A stretch of 64,000 nucleotides of DNA from NCBI RefSeq assembly GCF_913776965.1, contig NZ_CAJYQL010000023.1:1248-65247 (forward strand), read 5' to 3'. This stretch comes from an uncultured Xylophilus sp. (GTDB lineage: Bacteria; Pseudomonadota; Gammaproteobacteria; Burkholderiales; Burkholderiaceae_C). Positions 51,276 through 64,000 of the stretch are shown here, in pieces (position 1 is the stretch's first letter; each line of letters opens with the position of its first letter). The notes beneath the pieces were generated by a model that was given only the letters and a program-made list of their open reading frames with translations, was not told the DNA's origin and ran no database searches. A program made the translations under genes and the position numbers.

Positions 51276-52237
51276 GGCCGGCCATGCAGTACGCTCCCGC
51301 CTCCGACCGCACCGTCACCGTCTGCGAGGTCGGGCCGCGCGACGGCCTGCAGATGGCCCGCCGCACCCTGCCGCCGGCGACGCGGCTGGCCTGGATCCAC
51401 CAGCTCGCGGCCGCCGGCCTGCGCGAGATCGAGGTCGGCAGCTTCGTGTCGCCGCGCCTCGTGCCGCAGATGGCCGACACTGCCGACGTGGTGCGCGGCG
51501 CGCTGCGGATCGACGGCCTGACGGTCTGCGCGCTGGCCGCCAACCTGAAGGGCGCGATCGCCGCGCACGAGGCCGGCGCCCACGTGCTGGCGATCCCGAT
51601 TTCGGCCAGCGACACGCACAGCCGCGCCAACGTCAACAAGGGCACCGACGCGCAGGTCGCGATGGTGGCGGACATCGTCGACTGGGTCCGGGCGCAATCG
51701 CGGCCGATGCGGATCGACGCGGCGGTCGCCACGGCCTTCGGCTGCTCGATGGAAGGCGAGGTGTCCACGGTGCGGGTCGCCGCCGTCGCGCGGGCACTGG
51801 CCGACACCGGCGTGGACGAGATCGCGCTGGCCGACACCGTCGGCTACGCGCACCCGGCCGGCATCCGCGCGGCGGTGCGCGCCACGCAGGACGCCGTCGG
51901 GACGCGGCTGCGCAAGCTGCACCTGCACGACACGATGGGACTGGGCCTCGCCAACGTGCTGGCAGGACTGGACGAGGGCATCCGCAGCTTCGACAGCTGC
52001 CTGGCGGGACTGGGCGGCTGCCCGTTCGCGCCGGGCGCCTCGGGCAACGTGGTGACGGAGGACCTCGTCTTCATGCTGCACGGCATGGGCTACGCCACCG
52101 GCATCGACCTGCCGCAGTTGCTGGCCGCCCGTGCGCTGCTGGCCGAAGCCCTGCCGGAAGAGACCTTGCGCAGCGGCGTCGCCGCGGCCGGCATTCCGAA
52201 GACCTACCGGCCTCCGCGGGCGGCGGTACCGGCCTGA
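51272..52237 (+). CDS. Hydroxymethylglutaryl-CoA lyase-like (HMGL/DRE-TIM) acyl-CoA lyase
   Basis: 321 aa. Motifs VCEVGPRDGLQ, EVGSFVSPRLVPQM, LHLHDTMGLGLANVLA and GLGGCPFAPGASGNV. The ATG overlaps the Bug stop (ATGA), and an alternative ATG lies 4 codons downstream. Confidence 0.88.
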   Translation: MRPAMQYAPASDRTVTVCEVGPRDGLQMARRTLPPATRLAWIHQLAAAGLREIEVGSFVSPRLVPQMADTADVVRGALRIDGLTVCALAANLKGAIAAHEAGAHVLAIPISASDTHSRANVNKGTDAQVAMVADIVDWVRAQSRPMRIDAAVATAFGCSMEGEVSTVRVAAVARALADTGVDEIALADTVGYAHPAGIRAAVRATQDAVGTRLRKLHLHDTMGLGLANVLAGLDEGIRSFDSCLAGLGGCPFAPGASGNVVTEDLVFMLHGMGYATGIDLPQLLAARALLAEALPEETLRSGVAAAGIPKTYRPPRAAVPA

Positions 52238-52250
52238 GACGCGCGCGGGC

Positions 52251-53294
52251 TCAGGCCACGCCTGCGGCCACGGAATCGGAAGCGGTTGCGGCCTCGTCGC
52301 GACGGTCGTGCGCGTGCGCCAGCGCCAGCACCTCGCGGGCCGGCCGGTGCTTCAGCCGGTGGTCGCTCCAGACCTGCCGCCAGCGGCGCGCACCCGGCAG
52401 GCCGTGGCGCAGGCCGAGCATGTGCCGCGCGATCGCGTACCAGCCGGTGCCGTGGGCCGCGGCCTCGCGTTCCATGTAGTCGACCATCAGCGCCTCGACC
52501 TCTTCCCGCGTCCGTGCACAGGGTGCGTCGCCGAAGAAGGCGGCATCCCACTCCGACAGGCTCCAGGGGTTGTGGTACGCCTCGCGGCCGACCATCACCC
52601 CATCGACATGCGCCAGCTGTGCGGCGATCTGCTCGCGGGTCGCAATGCCGCCGTTGATCGCGATCGACAGCGACGGAAATTCGCACTTCAGCCGGTGCAC
52701 CAGTTCGTAGCGTAGCGGTGGGATGTCGCGGTTCTCCTTCGGGCTCAGGCCCTGCAGCCAGGCGTTGCGGGCATGCACGATGAAGGTGCTGCAGCCGGCC
52801 GCGGCCACGGTTCCGACGAAATCGCGCACGAAGTCGTAGCTCTCGACCTTGTCGATGCCGATGCGGTGCTTGACCGTGACCGGGATGTCGACCGCATCGA
52901 CCATCGCCTTCACCCCGTCGGCGACCAGCGCCGGCTCCGCCATCAGGCAGGCGCCGAAGGCACCGCGCTGCACCCGGTCGGACGGGCAGCCGCAGTTCAG
53001 GTTGATCTCGTCGTAGCCCCACTGCGCGCCGAGCCGTGCGGCCTGCGCGAGCGCCGCCGGCTCGCTGCCGCCGAGCTGCAGCGCGACCGGGTGTTCGGCC
53101 GCGTCGAAGTCGAGGTGCCGCGCCACGTCGCCGTGCAGCAGCGCGCCGGTGGTCACCATCTCGGTGTAGAGCCGGGCGCGGCGCGACAGCAGCCGGTGGA
53201 AGTAGCGGCAGTGGCGGTCGGTCCAGTCGAGCATCGGCGCGACCGACAGGCGCGACGGGTCGAAGGTCGAAGCAGTGGTGGCGTCGGTCGGCAT
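52251..53294 (-). CDS. dusA: tRNA dihydrouridine(20/20a) synthase DusA
   Basis: 347 aa from MPTDATTAST. Motifs APMLDWTDRHCRYFHR, EINLNCGCPS and the C-terminal HRLKH-type tail. Confidence 0.92.
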   Translation of the reverse strand: MPTDATTASTFDPSRLSVAPMLDWTDRHCRYFHRLLSRRARLYTEMVTTGALLHGDVARHLDFDAAEHPVALQLGGSEPAALAQAARLGAQWGYDEINLNCGCPSDRVQRGAFGACLMAEPALVADGVKAMVDAVDIPVTVKHRIGIDKVESYDFVRDFVGTVAAAGCSTFIVHARNAWLQGLSPKENRDIPPLRYELVHRLKCEFPSLSIAINGGIATREQIAAQLAHVDGVMVGREAYHNPWSLSEWDAAFFGDAPCARTREEVEALMVDYMEREAAAHGTGWYAIARHMLGLRHGLPGARRWRQVWSDHRLKHRPAREVLALAHAHDRRDEAATASDSVAAGVA

Positions 53295-53298
53295 CGCG

Positions 53299-53721
53299 TC
53301 AGCTCCCGGCGCGGCGCGGCGCAGCGCAGCGCCACAGGCAGATGCCGGCGCACAGCCATTGCAGCAGGTACATGCCGCTGCCGACCGCATGCCAGAGCTT
53401 GAGGTTCTCGCGCGCGACGATCCGCGGCGCGACGGCGAATTCGGCCAGCAGCGCGAGCAGCAGGCCCGCCACTACGAAAACGATAGCTGCATGCGCAGGC
53501 GGGACGGGCGCTTCCGGGTCTTTTGGCCGTGAAACGATCAGCAGCAGCATGCCGCAGGCGACCGAGATCCAGGTCTGTCCGGTGAACAGCCGGGCCGCCA
53601 TCGTGCCCGCCACCGCCGCCGGCTGCAGGTACGCGAACAGCATCGGCACGACGAAGAAGCCGACCGCGCTCAGGCTGCCCCACCAAAGGGCCGCGGCCAG
53701 GACGGAGATACGCTGCTGCAT
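53299..53721 (-). CDS. DUF4149 domain membrane protein
   Basis: 140 aa with four hydrophobic helices. AALWWGSLSAVGFFVVPMLF...MAARLF is typical of DUF4149. It has the conserved position downstream of greA. Confidence 0.75.
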   Translation of the reverse strand: MQQRISVLAAALWWGSLSAVGFFVVPMLFAYLQPAAVAGTMAARLFTGQTWISVACGMLLLIVSRPKDPEAPVPPAHAAIVFVVAGLLLALLAEFAVAPRIVARENLKLWHAVGSGMYLLQWLCAGICLWRCAAPRRAGS

Positions 53722-53743
53722 GGCAGGAAATCCGTGACGGCGA

Positions 53744-54220
53744 TCAGATGTAGCGGACGCCGACGATCTCGTAGCGGCGGATGCCGCCCGGCGCCTGCAC
53801 TTCGGCGCTATCGCCCTCTTCCTTGCCGATCAGCGCGCGGGCGATCGGGCTGGATACGTTGATGCGGCCCTGCTTCAGGTCGGCTTCGTCCTCGCCGACG
53901 ATCTGGTAGGTGACCGCGTCGCCGGAGTCCTCGTCCTCCAGGTCGACCGTGGCGCCGAAGACCACCTTGCCGCCGGCGTCGAGCGCGGCCGGGTCGATGA
54001 TCTGTGCAGCCGACAGCTTGCCTTCGACTTCCTGGATGCGGCCTTCGATGAAGCCCTGGCGGTCCTTGGCAGCTTCGTATTCGGCGTTCTCGCTCAGGTC
54101 GCCCTGCGCCCGCGCATCGGCGATCGCGGTGATCACCCAGGGACGGTCCACCGTCTTCAGGCGGTGCAGTTCTTCCTTCAGTTTTTCCGCACCGCGCTTG
54201 GTGATCGGGATGGTGGCCAT
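53744..54220 (-). CDS. greA: Transcription elongation factor GreA
   Basis: 158 aa from [22 protein letters not shown], with [24 protein letters not shown]. The track ORF is 28 codons too long. Confidence 0.96.
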   Translation of the reverse strand: MATIPITKRGAEKLKEELHRLKTVDRPWVITAIADARAQGDLSENAEYEAAKDRQGFIEGRIQEVEGKLSAAQIIDPAALDAGGKVVFGATVDLEDEDSGDAVTYQIVGEDEADLKQGRINVSSPIARALIGKEEGDSAEVQAPGGIRRYEIVGVRYI

Positions 54221-54234
54221 GGGATCGTCGCTCC

Positions 54235-54267
54235 AGAAAAGAAAAACGCCGGACGGTCGGTCCGGCG
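54235..54267 (-). terminator. Strong intrinsic terminator ending at the greA RBS (carB-distal terminator and/or GraL-like greA leader terminator)
   Basis: Minus strand CGCCGGAC-cgacc-GUCCGGCG followed by UUUUUCUUUUCU, running directly into GGAG and the greA ATG 15 nt later. Confidence 0.8.
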
Positions 54268-54400
54268 GGTGATAAGGGGTGGGGCTCGGCCGCGTGCGTG
54301 GCACCTTCGGCGGCCCGGCCTGCCGGTCGAATCGCCGGCGGGCGTGCCCTGCAATTGTAAGGGCCCGCCTGCCACGCCGCCCGTTTGCCCCTATCGGACA

Positions 54401-54423
54401 ACGGCCCGCACAGGGCGGGCCGT
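54401..54423 (-). terminator. GC-rich stem-loop shortly after the carB stop (no U-tract)
   Basis: ACGGCCCGC-ccugu-GCGGGCCGU, 27 nt after the carB stop. It is followed only by UGU, so it would be weak as an intrinsic terminator. Confidence 0.35.
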
Positions 54424-54449
54424 CACGGAGTGGGCGCGCAGTTCGCCGG

Positions 54450-57669
<3,220 letters not shown>

Positions 57670-57677
<8 letters not shown>

Positions 57678-58854
57678 TCTGGGCCCCTTGCTTGTGGTTC
57701 TGCATCAGCGCGGCGAAGCGGTCGAACAGGTAGGCGATGTCGTGCGGGCCGGGCGAGGCTTCCGGGTGGCCCTGGAAACAGAACGCCGGTTTCTCGGTAT
57801 GGGCCAGGCCCTGCAGCGTGTTGTCGAACAGACTGATGTGGGTCGCGCGCAGCGTGGCGGGCAGCGACTTCTCGTCCACCGCGAAGCCGTGGTTCTGGCT
57901 GGTGATGCTGACCCGGCCGTTGTCCAGGTCCTTCACCGGATGGTTCGCGCCGTGGTGGCCGAACTTCATCTTGTAGGTCTTGGCCCCCATGGCGAGCGCC
58001 ATGATCTGGTGGCCCAGGCAGATGCCGAAGGTCGGGATACCCTTGTCGATCAGCTCGCGTGCGGCGGCGATCGCGTAGTCGCACGGCTCCGGGTCGCCCG
58101 GGCCGTTGGCCAGAAAGATGCCGTCGGGTGCGAGCTTCAGCACGTCGGCGGCCGAGGTCTGTGCCGGCACCACCGTGATCTGCGCGCCGCGCTCGGCGAC
58201 CATGCGCAGGATGTTCTTCTTCACGCCGTAGTCGAAGGCGACGACGTGGAACTTGGGCGCGATCTGCAGGCCGTAGCCTTCGCCGAGTTTCCATTCGGTC
58301 TGCGTCCATTCGTACGGTGCCTTCACCGACACGACCTTCGCCAGATCCAGGCCGGCCATGCTCGGCGCGCCCTTGGCCTGCGCGATGGCGCGGTCGATCT
58401 GCTGCTGCGTCGGCTGTTCGCCGGCTTCCAGGCCGACGATGCAGCCGTTCTGCGCGCCCTTGGTGCGCAGATGGCGGGTCAGCTTGCGGGTGTCGATGCC
58501 GGCGATGGCGACCGTCTTCTCGCGGACCAGGTACTGGTCGAGCGTGAGCGTCTGGCGGAAGTTGGAGGCAACGAGCGGCAGATCCTTCACGATCAGCCCG
58601 GCGGCATGGACCTTGTCGGCTTCGACGTCCTCGTCGTTGACGCCGTAGTTGCCGATGTGCGGATACGTGAGCGTCACGATCTGCTGGGCATAGCTCGGGT
58701 CGGTGAGGATTTCCTGGTAGCCGGTCATGGCGGTGTTGAACACCACCTCGCCGACGGTGGAGCCGGCGGCTCCGATCGAATGGCCGAGAAAGACCGTGCC
58801 GTCTGCAAGCGCCAGGATGGCGGAAGGGAATTTCCCCTGTAGAGACAAGAGCAC
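57670..58854 (-). CDS. carA: Carbamoyl-phosphate synthase small (glutaminase) subunit
   Basis: 394 aa with a GTG start (GGAGA 5 nt upstream). Motifs [19 protein letters not shown], catalytic FGICLGHQ and GHPEASPGP. It overlaps carB by 8 nt. Confidence 0.96.
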
Positions 58855-59011
58855 TGGGTTCTCCGGATGGTTACGGTCGCCCGGAGCCCGCCGGCAGGGA
58901 CTGCCGGAGGCTGCTGTGATGGAGGAATTGCTTTGGGGCGCGGCCGGGCGACGCTATTACGGGAAAGCCCTCGATTGTAGCGCGCGGGCAGGGACTCCCC
59001 GGCCGAGCGGC

Positions 59012-59041
59012 TTGTAAAACACCCGCAGCGGTAAGCGGGTG
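59012..59041 (-). terminator. Rho-independent terminator after the TrmH-family gene
   Basis: Minus strand CACCCGC-8 nt loop-GCGGGUG followed by UUUUAC, 30 nt after the stop at 59072. Confidence 0.7.
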
Positions 59042-59071
59042 AAGCGCTTGTCGGCCGAGCAACCCTGCGTA

Positions 59072-59851
59072 TCAGTCCACCCGCGCCGCAGCACTGGCAT
59101 GCAGGCATATCGCTGCCGCCGCCGCCACGTTCAGCGACTCCTCGCCGCCCGGCTGGGCGATGCGGATCCGCTGGGCCGCACGGGCTTCCAGCACCGGCGA
59201 CACGCCCTGCCCTTCGTGGCCCATCAGCCAGGCGCACGGCCACGGCAGCGCGGCACGGTGCAGCAGGTCGCCCTGGTGCGAACTGGTTGCGAGCCACGGC
59301 ACCTGCAGTGACTGCAGGTCGTCGTGCGACAGCCCCTCGACCAGCCGCAGCCCGAAATGCGCGCCCATGCCCGCACGCAGCACCTTGGGCGACCAGAGCG
59401 CCGCCGTGCCTTTGACGGCCAGTACTTGGGCGAAACCGAAAGCCGCCGCGCTGCGCAGGATCGAGCCGACGTTGCCGGCATCCTGCAGCCGGTCGAGCAC
59501 CACCGCCGCCGCGCCCGGCGCCAGCGCCGCATCGGCCGGCAGGTCCAGCACGAAACCGAACGGCGCCGGCGATTCCAGCCCGCTCACCTCCGCCAGCACT
59601 GCATCGGGGACCACTACGTTTTTGATAGCTGCGTGCGCAAGCGCAGCGGGCGCGGAAGGCCAATAAGATGCCGAAAACACGCCGATCGCCGGCCGCCAGC
59701 CGCGCGCCAGCGCTGCGCGGCAGAGGTGGTCACCCTCGACCCAGACACGGCCCTGCCGCCGGTAGGCGCCGTTGTCCTGCGCCAGCCGGCGCAGGTCTTT
59801 CACCAGCGGGTTGTCGCGCGACTGGATCTGCACCGGTGCTGCTGCCGTCAT
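59072..59851 (-). CDS. TrmH/SpoU-family RNA 2'-O-methyltransferase
   Basis: 259 aa from [23 protein letters not shown] (ATGA overlap with the rnhB stop). SpoU motifs [30 protein letters not shown] and [13 protein letters not shown]. Confidence 0.88.
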   Translation of the reverse strand: MTAAAPVQIQSRDNPLVKDLRRLAQDNGAYRRQGRVWVEGDHLCRAALARGWRPAIGVFSASYWPSAPAALAHAAIKNVVVPDAVLAEVSGLESPAPFGFVLDLPADAALAPGAAAVVLDRLQDAGNVGSILRSAAAFGFAQVLAVKGTAALWSPKVLRAGMGAHFGLRLVEGLSHDDLQSLQVPWLATSSHQGDLLHRAALPWPCAWLMGHEGQGVSPVLEARAAQRIRIAQPGGEESLNVAAAAAICLHASAAARVD

Positions 59852-60555
59852 GCCGCCTCCGCTCCCGACGGCGCGACGACCCACGCCGGGCCGACCGAGA
59901 GGTCCGATGTCGCCGGCGTGCCGACCGCCTGCGCCTGCAGGCGCAGCGCCTGTGTCACCGGCGCGAAGCTGCGCCGGTGGTGGATGCAGGCGCCGTGCTC
60001 TTTCAACGCCGCCAGATGCTCGCGGGTGCCGTAACCCTTGTGGCCTGCGAATCCGTAGTGCGGGAATTGCAGGTGCAGCTCCGCGCACAGCCGGTCGCGG
60101 TGCACCTTGGCGAGGATGGACGCAGCCGAGATCGACTTCACCAGCGCATCGCCCTTCACCACCGCCTCGGCTAGCACGTCGAGCGGCGGCAGCCGGTTGC
60201 CGTCGACCAGCACCTTGGCCGGCCGCAGCCGCAGACCCTCGACCGCCCGGCGCATCGCCAGCATCGTCGCCTGCAGGATGTTGAGCGTGTCGATCTCCTC
60301 GACCGTCGCCTCGGCCACCGAGCAGCAGAGCGCCTTGTCGCGAATCTGGTCGTAGAGCCGCTCGCGCTGCAGGGCGGTGAGCGTCTTGGAATCCGCCAGG
60401 CCGCGGATACGCTTGGTGTCGTCCAGGATCACCGCCGCCGCGACCACCGGGCCGGCGAGCGGCCCGCGGCCGGCCTCGTCCACGCCGGCGACCAGGCCGG
60501 GCCCATCCCAGGCAAGCGCGGTCTGTTCAGCGTTCAAAAATCGTCTGGATCGCAT
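59848..60555 (-). CDS. rnhB: Ribonuclease HII
   Basis: About 235 aa. Motifs [24 protein letters not shown] and GHKGYGT. ATG 60555 overlaps lpxB by 29 nt, and an alternative TTG lies at 60537. Confidence 0.92.
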   Translation of the reverse strand: MRSRRFLNAEQTALAWDGPGLVAGVDEAGRGPLAGPVVAAAVILDDTKRIRGLADSKTLTALQRERLYDQIRDKALCCSVAEATVEEIDTLNILQATMLAMRRAVEGLRLRPAKVLVDGNRLPPLDVLAEAVVKGDALVKSISAASILAKVHRDRLCAELHLQFPHYGFAGHKGYGTREHLAALKEHGACIHHRRSFAPVTQALRLQAQAVGTPATSDLSVGPAWVVAPSGAEAA

Positions 60556-61666
60556 GGGCGGCAAGGGCCGGCGTGTCGCGCCGCAGTTCGTCGTGCAGCG
60601 CGGAGAAACGGGCCTGGAGCGTTTCGACCTCGTCGGGCCGGTCGAACCAGCGCAGCACCGCGTCGGCAAGGGCCCGCGGCGTGCAGGCCTCCTGCAGCAG
60701 TTCGGGCACCACGAAGTCGCGGCACAGGATGTTGGGCAGGCCGACCCAGGGCTGCAGCCGCTTGGGCGCCATGATCCGCCAGGACAGCCAGTGCATGTTG
60801 TAGCCGATCACCATCGGCCGCTTGAAGAGCGCGGCCTCCAGCGTGGCCGTGCCGCTGGCGATCAGCGTCACGTCGCACGCAGCGAGCACCGCGTGCGACC
60901 GGCCCTCCACCACCCGCAGCCGGCCGGCCATGCCCGCCTCGGCGGCGGCACGTTCGATCGCCGGTCGCAGCGCAGGTACCGCAGGCACTATGCATTCGAT
61001 AGCAGGCAACGCTTGTTGGACGAGCGCTGCAGCCCGAAAAAAGCGCGATGCGAGGTACTGGACCTCCGACGCCCGGCTGCCCGGCAATACGGCCAGCACC
61101 GGCGCCTGCGGATCGAGCCCGAGCGCAGCCCGCGCCGCGGCCCGGTCGGGCTCCTGCGGGATCACGCTCGCGAGCGGATGCCCGACATAGGTCGCGGCGA
61201 TCCCGTCGCGCGCCAGCAGTTCGGGCTCGAAGGGAAAGATGCAGAGCACATGGTCGGCGCTGCGCCGGATCTTGGCGACCCGCTCCGGCCGCCAGGCCCA
61301 CACCGACGGCGCGACGAAATGCACGCAGGAGATGCCGGCAGCCCGCAGGTCGGCCTCCAGGTCGAGATTGAAGTCGGGCGCATCGACGCCGACGAACACG
61401 TCCGGCGGTGCGGCCAGCAGGCGGCTGCGCAGCGCCTTGCGGATCGCGACGATGCCGCGGTAATGCCGCAGCACTTCGACATAGCCCCGCACCGCGAGCT
61501 TGTCGCTCGGCCACCAGGCATCGAAGCCGCGCTCGGCCATGCGCGGACCGCCGATGCCGGCCGACTGCAGTTGCGGCCAGCGCGCATGCAGGCCGTCGAG
61601 CAGCAGCCCGGCCAGCAGGTCGCCGGAGGTCTCCCCGGCCACCATGGCGATGCGGGGATCGGCCAT
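60527..61666 (-). CDS. lpxB: Lipid-A-disaccharide synthase
   Basis: 379 aa. Motifs [30 protein letters not shown] and [11 protein letters not shown]. Confidence 0.95.
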   Translation of the reverse strand: MADPRIAMVAGETSGDLLAGLLLDGLHARWPQLQSAGIGGPRMAERGFDAWWPSDKLAVRGYVEVLRHYRGIVAIRKALRSRLLAAPPDVFVGVDAPDFNLDLEADLRAAGISCVHFVAPSVWAWRPERVAKIRRSADHVLCIFPFEPELLARDGIAATYVGHPLASVIPQEPDRAAARAALGLDPQAPVLAVLPGSRASEVQYLASRFFRAAALVQQALPAIECIVPAVPALRPAIERAAAEAGMAGRLRVVEGRSHAVLAACDVTLIASGTATLEAALFKRPMVIGYNMHWLSWRIMAPKRLQPWVGLPNILCRDFVVPELLQEACTPRALADAVLRWFDRPDEVETLQARFSALHDELRRDTPALAAHAIQTIFER

Positions 61667-61676
61667 GGGCGTGCGC

Positions 61677-62480
61677 CTAGCGGACGATGCCGCGCTGCGG
61701 CGGCACGGCTGCCAGGAAATCGAGCATCCTGTCCACGTCGGGCTGCGCGTCGGGGAACCGTTCCGGCAACGCGGCGATGCGCTCCCGCGCGGCGTCGAGC
61801 GTCAGCCCGTCGCGGTAGAGCGCCTTGTGCATTGCCTTCACGGCGGCGATGCGGTCGGCCGAGAAGCCGCGCCGGCGCAGCCCTTCGAAATTCATCGACC
61901 GTGCACCGGCCGGCTGGCCCTGGCTCATGACGAAGGGCGGCTGGTCGGCGAACAGCAGCGAACACATCGCCGTCATGCCGTGCGCGCCGATCCGCACGAA
62001 CTGGTGCACCACCGTGAAGCCGCCGAGGATCACCCAGTCGTCGACCTCGACATGGCCGGCCAGCTGCGAGTTGTTGGCGAAGATGGTGTGGTTGCCCACC
62101 CGGACGTCGTGCGCCAGATGCACGTACGCCATGATCCAGTTGTCGTCGCCGATCGCGGTCACGCCACCGCCGCCCGGCGAGCCGATGTTGAAGGTGCAGA
62201 ACTCGCGGATCGTGTTGCGGTCGCCGATGCGCAGCTCGCATGGCTCGCCGGCGTACTTCTTGTCCTGCGGGACCGCGCCGAGCGAGTTGAACTGGAAGAT
62301 CCGGTTGTCGCGGCCGATGGTGGTGTGGCCCTCGATCACGCAATGCGCGCCGACTGTCGTGCCGGCGCCGATCGTCACATGCGGGCCGACGACCGTGTAG
62401 GGTCCGATGCTGGCCGATGGATCGATCCGTGCACCCTCGGCGACCAGGGCCGTCGGGTGGATGCCTGCGTTGCTGCTCAA
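61677..62480 (-). CDS. lpxA: Acyl-ACP--UDP-N-acetylglucosamine O-acyltransferase
   Basis: 267 aa from a TTG start (GGAG 6 nt upstream, 15 nt after the fabZ stop): [34 protein letters not shown]. It has hexapeptide repeats and a C-terminal helical domain. The track's earlier ATG would overlap fabZ. Confidence 0.92.
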   Translation of the reverse strand: MSSNAGIHPTALVAEGARIDPSASIGPYTVVGPHVTIGAGTTVGAHCVIEGHTTIGRDNRIFQFNSLGAVPQDKKYAGEPCELRIGDRNTIREFCTFNIGSPGGGGVTAIGDDNWIMAYVHLAHDVRVGNHTIFANNSQLAGHVEVDDWVILGGFTVVHQFVRIGAHGMTAMCSLLFADQPPFVMSQGQPAGARSMNFEGLRRRGFSADRIAAVKAMHKALYRDGLTLDAARERIAALPERFPDAQPDVDRMLDFLAAVPPQRGIVR

Positions 62481-62497
62481 CCGCTGCTCCGCACGCC

Positions 62498-62938
62498 TCA
62501 GGCGATGGTCCGCATGGTGCACATCAGTTCGGCCTCGCAGGCGACCTCGTCGCCGACCCGCGTCGTGCCCTTGAACTTGAAGATGCCGGACTTCATGCGC
62601 TCGAGCGTCACATCCATCACCAGCTGGTCGCCCGGCTCGACCGGCCGCTTGAAGCGCGCGCCGTCGATGCCGGCGAAGTAGTACACCGTCTTGTCGTCGG
62701 GCGTCACGCCGAGGGTCGCGAAGGCGAGCAGCGCCGCCGCCTGGGCCATCGCCTCGAGCATCAGCACGCCCGGCATCACCGGGCGGTGCGGGAAATGGCC
62801 CATGAAGAACGGTTCGTTGATCGACACGTTCTTCAGCGCGCGGATGCTCTTGCCCTTCTCGATCTCCAGCACCCGGTCGACCAGCAGGATCGGATAGCGG
62901 TGCGGCAGTTGCTTGAGGATCTGGTGGATGTCCAACAT
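62498..62938 (-). CDS. fabZ: 3-hydroxyacyl-ACP dehydratase FabZ
   Basis: 146 aa. Motifs [29 protein letters not shown] and EAMAQ. Confidence 0.97.
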   Translation of the reverse strand: MLDIHQILKQLPHRYPILLVDRVLEIEKGKSIRALKNVSINEPFFMGHFPHRPVMPGVLMLEAMAQAAALLAFATLGVTPDDKTVYYFAGIDGARFKRPVEPGDQLVMDVTLERMKSGIFKFKGTTRVGDEVACEAELMCTMRTIA

Positions 62939-62942
62939 GGTG

Positions 62943-63947
62943 TCAGGAGGTCTTCTTCGATTCGTGCTCGAGCGTCTGGATGCGCTCGCGCAGCCGGTGG
63001 AGCTGCTTCAGGGTGGCGGCGTTCTTTTCCCAGCGCGGATTGTCGTCGATGGGAAACACGCCAGTGTATTGCCCCGGCTTCAGGAGGGACCGGGTGACGA
63101 CCGACGCCGCCGAGATGTGGACATGGTCGGCGAGCCGCAGATGCCCAAGCACCACCGCGCCGCCCCCCACCGTGCAGTGCGCACCGATCACCGCGCTGCC
63201 GGCCACGCCCGCGTTGCCCGCCAGCGCGCTGTGCCGGCCGATCCGCACGTTGTGCCCGATCTGCACCAGGTTGTCGATCTTCACACCGTCCTCGATCACC
63301 GTGTCGTCGAGGGCGCCGCGGTCGATGCAGCTGTTGGCGCCAATCTCGACATCGTCGCCGATCCGCACCGCGCCGAGCTGCTCGATTTTTTCCCAGCGGC
63401 CCTCGTCCAGCGCGAAACCGAATCCGTCGGCGCCGATCACCACGCCGGCGTGCAGCAGGCAGCGGGCGCCGATCCGGCAGTCCTCGCCCACCGTGATCCG
63501 CGACGCGAGGACCGTATGCGCACCGACCGTCGCGCCGCGCTCGATCACGCAGAGCGGGCCGATCGCCGCGCTCGGATCGACCGTCGCCTCGGGATGCACC
63601 ACGGCCGTCGGATGGATGCCGGCGGTCGCGCCCCGCCCGCGGTGGCGCTTCCAGAACTGGGTGAGCCGCGCGAAGTAGAGGTACGGGGACTCGGTGACGA
63701 TGCAGGCGCCGCGCGCCTCGGCCGCCTCGGCCATCGCCGGCGCCACGATGACGCAGGCCGCCTGCGAATCGGCCAGCTGCTGGGCGTAGCGGGGATGACT
63801 CAGGAACGCGAGCTGCCGGGGACCCGCCGATTCCAGCGGCGCCAAGCCCTCGATCGGCAATGCCGGATCGCCCCACAGCTCGCCGCCCAGCGCATCGACG
63901 ATGGCCTGCAGCGGCAGGCCCGATGGGCCGGGCATCGGGACGGTCAC
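62943..63947 (-). CDS. lpxD: UDP-3-O-acylglucosamine N-acyltransferase
   Basis: 334 aa (GTG 63947; an alternative ATG at 63935 gives [16 protein letters not shown]). It has a left-handed beta-helix hexapeptide run and the conserved skp-lpxD-fabZ-lpxA context. Confidence 0.93.
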   Translation of the reverse strand: MTVPMPGPSGLPLQAIVDALGGELWGDPALPIEGLAPLESAGPRQLAFLSHPRYAQQLADSQAACVIVAPAMAEAAEARGACIVTESPYLYFARLTQFWKRHRGRGATAGIHPTAVVHPEATVDPSAAIGPLCVIERGATVGAHTVLASRITVGEDCRIGARCLLHAGVVIGADGFGFALDEGRWEKIEQLGAVRIGDDVEIGANSCIDRGALDDTVIEDGVKIDNLVQIGHNVRIGRHSALAGNAGVAGSAVIGAHCTVGGGAVVLGHLRLADHVHISAASVVTRSLLKPGQYTGVFPIDDNPRWEKNAATLKQLHRLRERIQTLEHESKKTS

Positions 63948-63957
63948 CGTCGGCGAA

Positions 63958-64000
63958 TTACTTGGCGCCCGGCGTATTCAGCGCCTTCAGCACCTTGTCG
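63958..64000 (-). CDS. 3' end of an upstream gene, probably the periplasmic chaperone Skp/OmpH (5' part outside the window)
   Basis: The minus strand reads ...[13 protein letters not shown]-stop (TAA at 63958-63960). The assignment rests on the conserved bamA-skp-lpxD gene order only. Confidence 0.4.
   Translation of the reverse strand, partial: DKVLKALNTPGAK

Noticed and set aside
58855-59011. The carA leader. I looked for a pyrimidine/arginine attenuator or ArgR/PyrR-type boxes, and found a hairpin CCGGCAG-tcc-CTGCCGG (58891-58907) and a TACAAT -10-like hexamer (58974-58979, minus strand).
   Set aside because: The hairpin has no U-tract and no alternative antiterminator pairing that I could build. 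There is no leader peptide with an SD, and I recognise no ARG-box-like palindrome. The evidence is too thin to call anything beyond a probable promoter region.

Overview
This is a gene-dense, visibly high-GC chromosomal segment (GC not computed). Gene content and order point to a betaproteobacterium of the Burkholderiales: a Bug/TctC binding protein, a PDH operon whose Lpd carries a lipoyl domain, skp-lpxD-fabZ-lpxA-lpxB-rnhB, and carAB-greA. I support 54 protein-coding genes (two truncated by the window edges), one tRNA-Val(CAC), several intrinsic terminators and a few candidate operators. Almost everything is core metabolism or housekeeping:
- aceE-aceF-X-lpdA, with a divergent FixL/FixJ-like two-component pair
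- folD, prlC, rpiA, pyrD
- a PAS-GGDEF-EAL sensor
- iscRSUA-hscBA-fdx, followed directly by dnaQ
- uvrB, tyrB, intracellular phaZ
- a complete propionyl-CoA to succinyl-CoA operon (scpA-meaB-pccB-X-pccA-cupin-epimerase) with a divergent ScfR/PccR-type regulator, plus prpE elsewhere in the window
- a LysR/CaiB/Bug/HMG-CoA-lyase-like module
- dusA, greA, carAB, and the lipid A cluster

I see no mobile element, CRISPR array, prophage, defence island or compositional island, so I cannot honestly claim a clear novel multi-gene system. The items most worth a second look are:
1. An HslV/proteasome-like (BPH-like) Ntn-hydrolase gene locked by 4-nt overlaps between aceF and lpdA.
2. An orphan terminator plus a strongly SD-driven 14-codon uORF overlapping the start of the GGDEF-EAL gene.
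3. A GraL-like terminator abutting the greA RBS.
4. A repeated TTTGCGA operator array between scpA and its regulator.
5. A DUF218/YdcF membrane protein wedged between pccB and pccA.

All homology statements are by-eye motif recognition. No searches were run. Many long ORFs in the six-frame track are GC-driven artefacts antisense to, or read through from, real genes.
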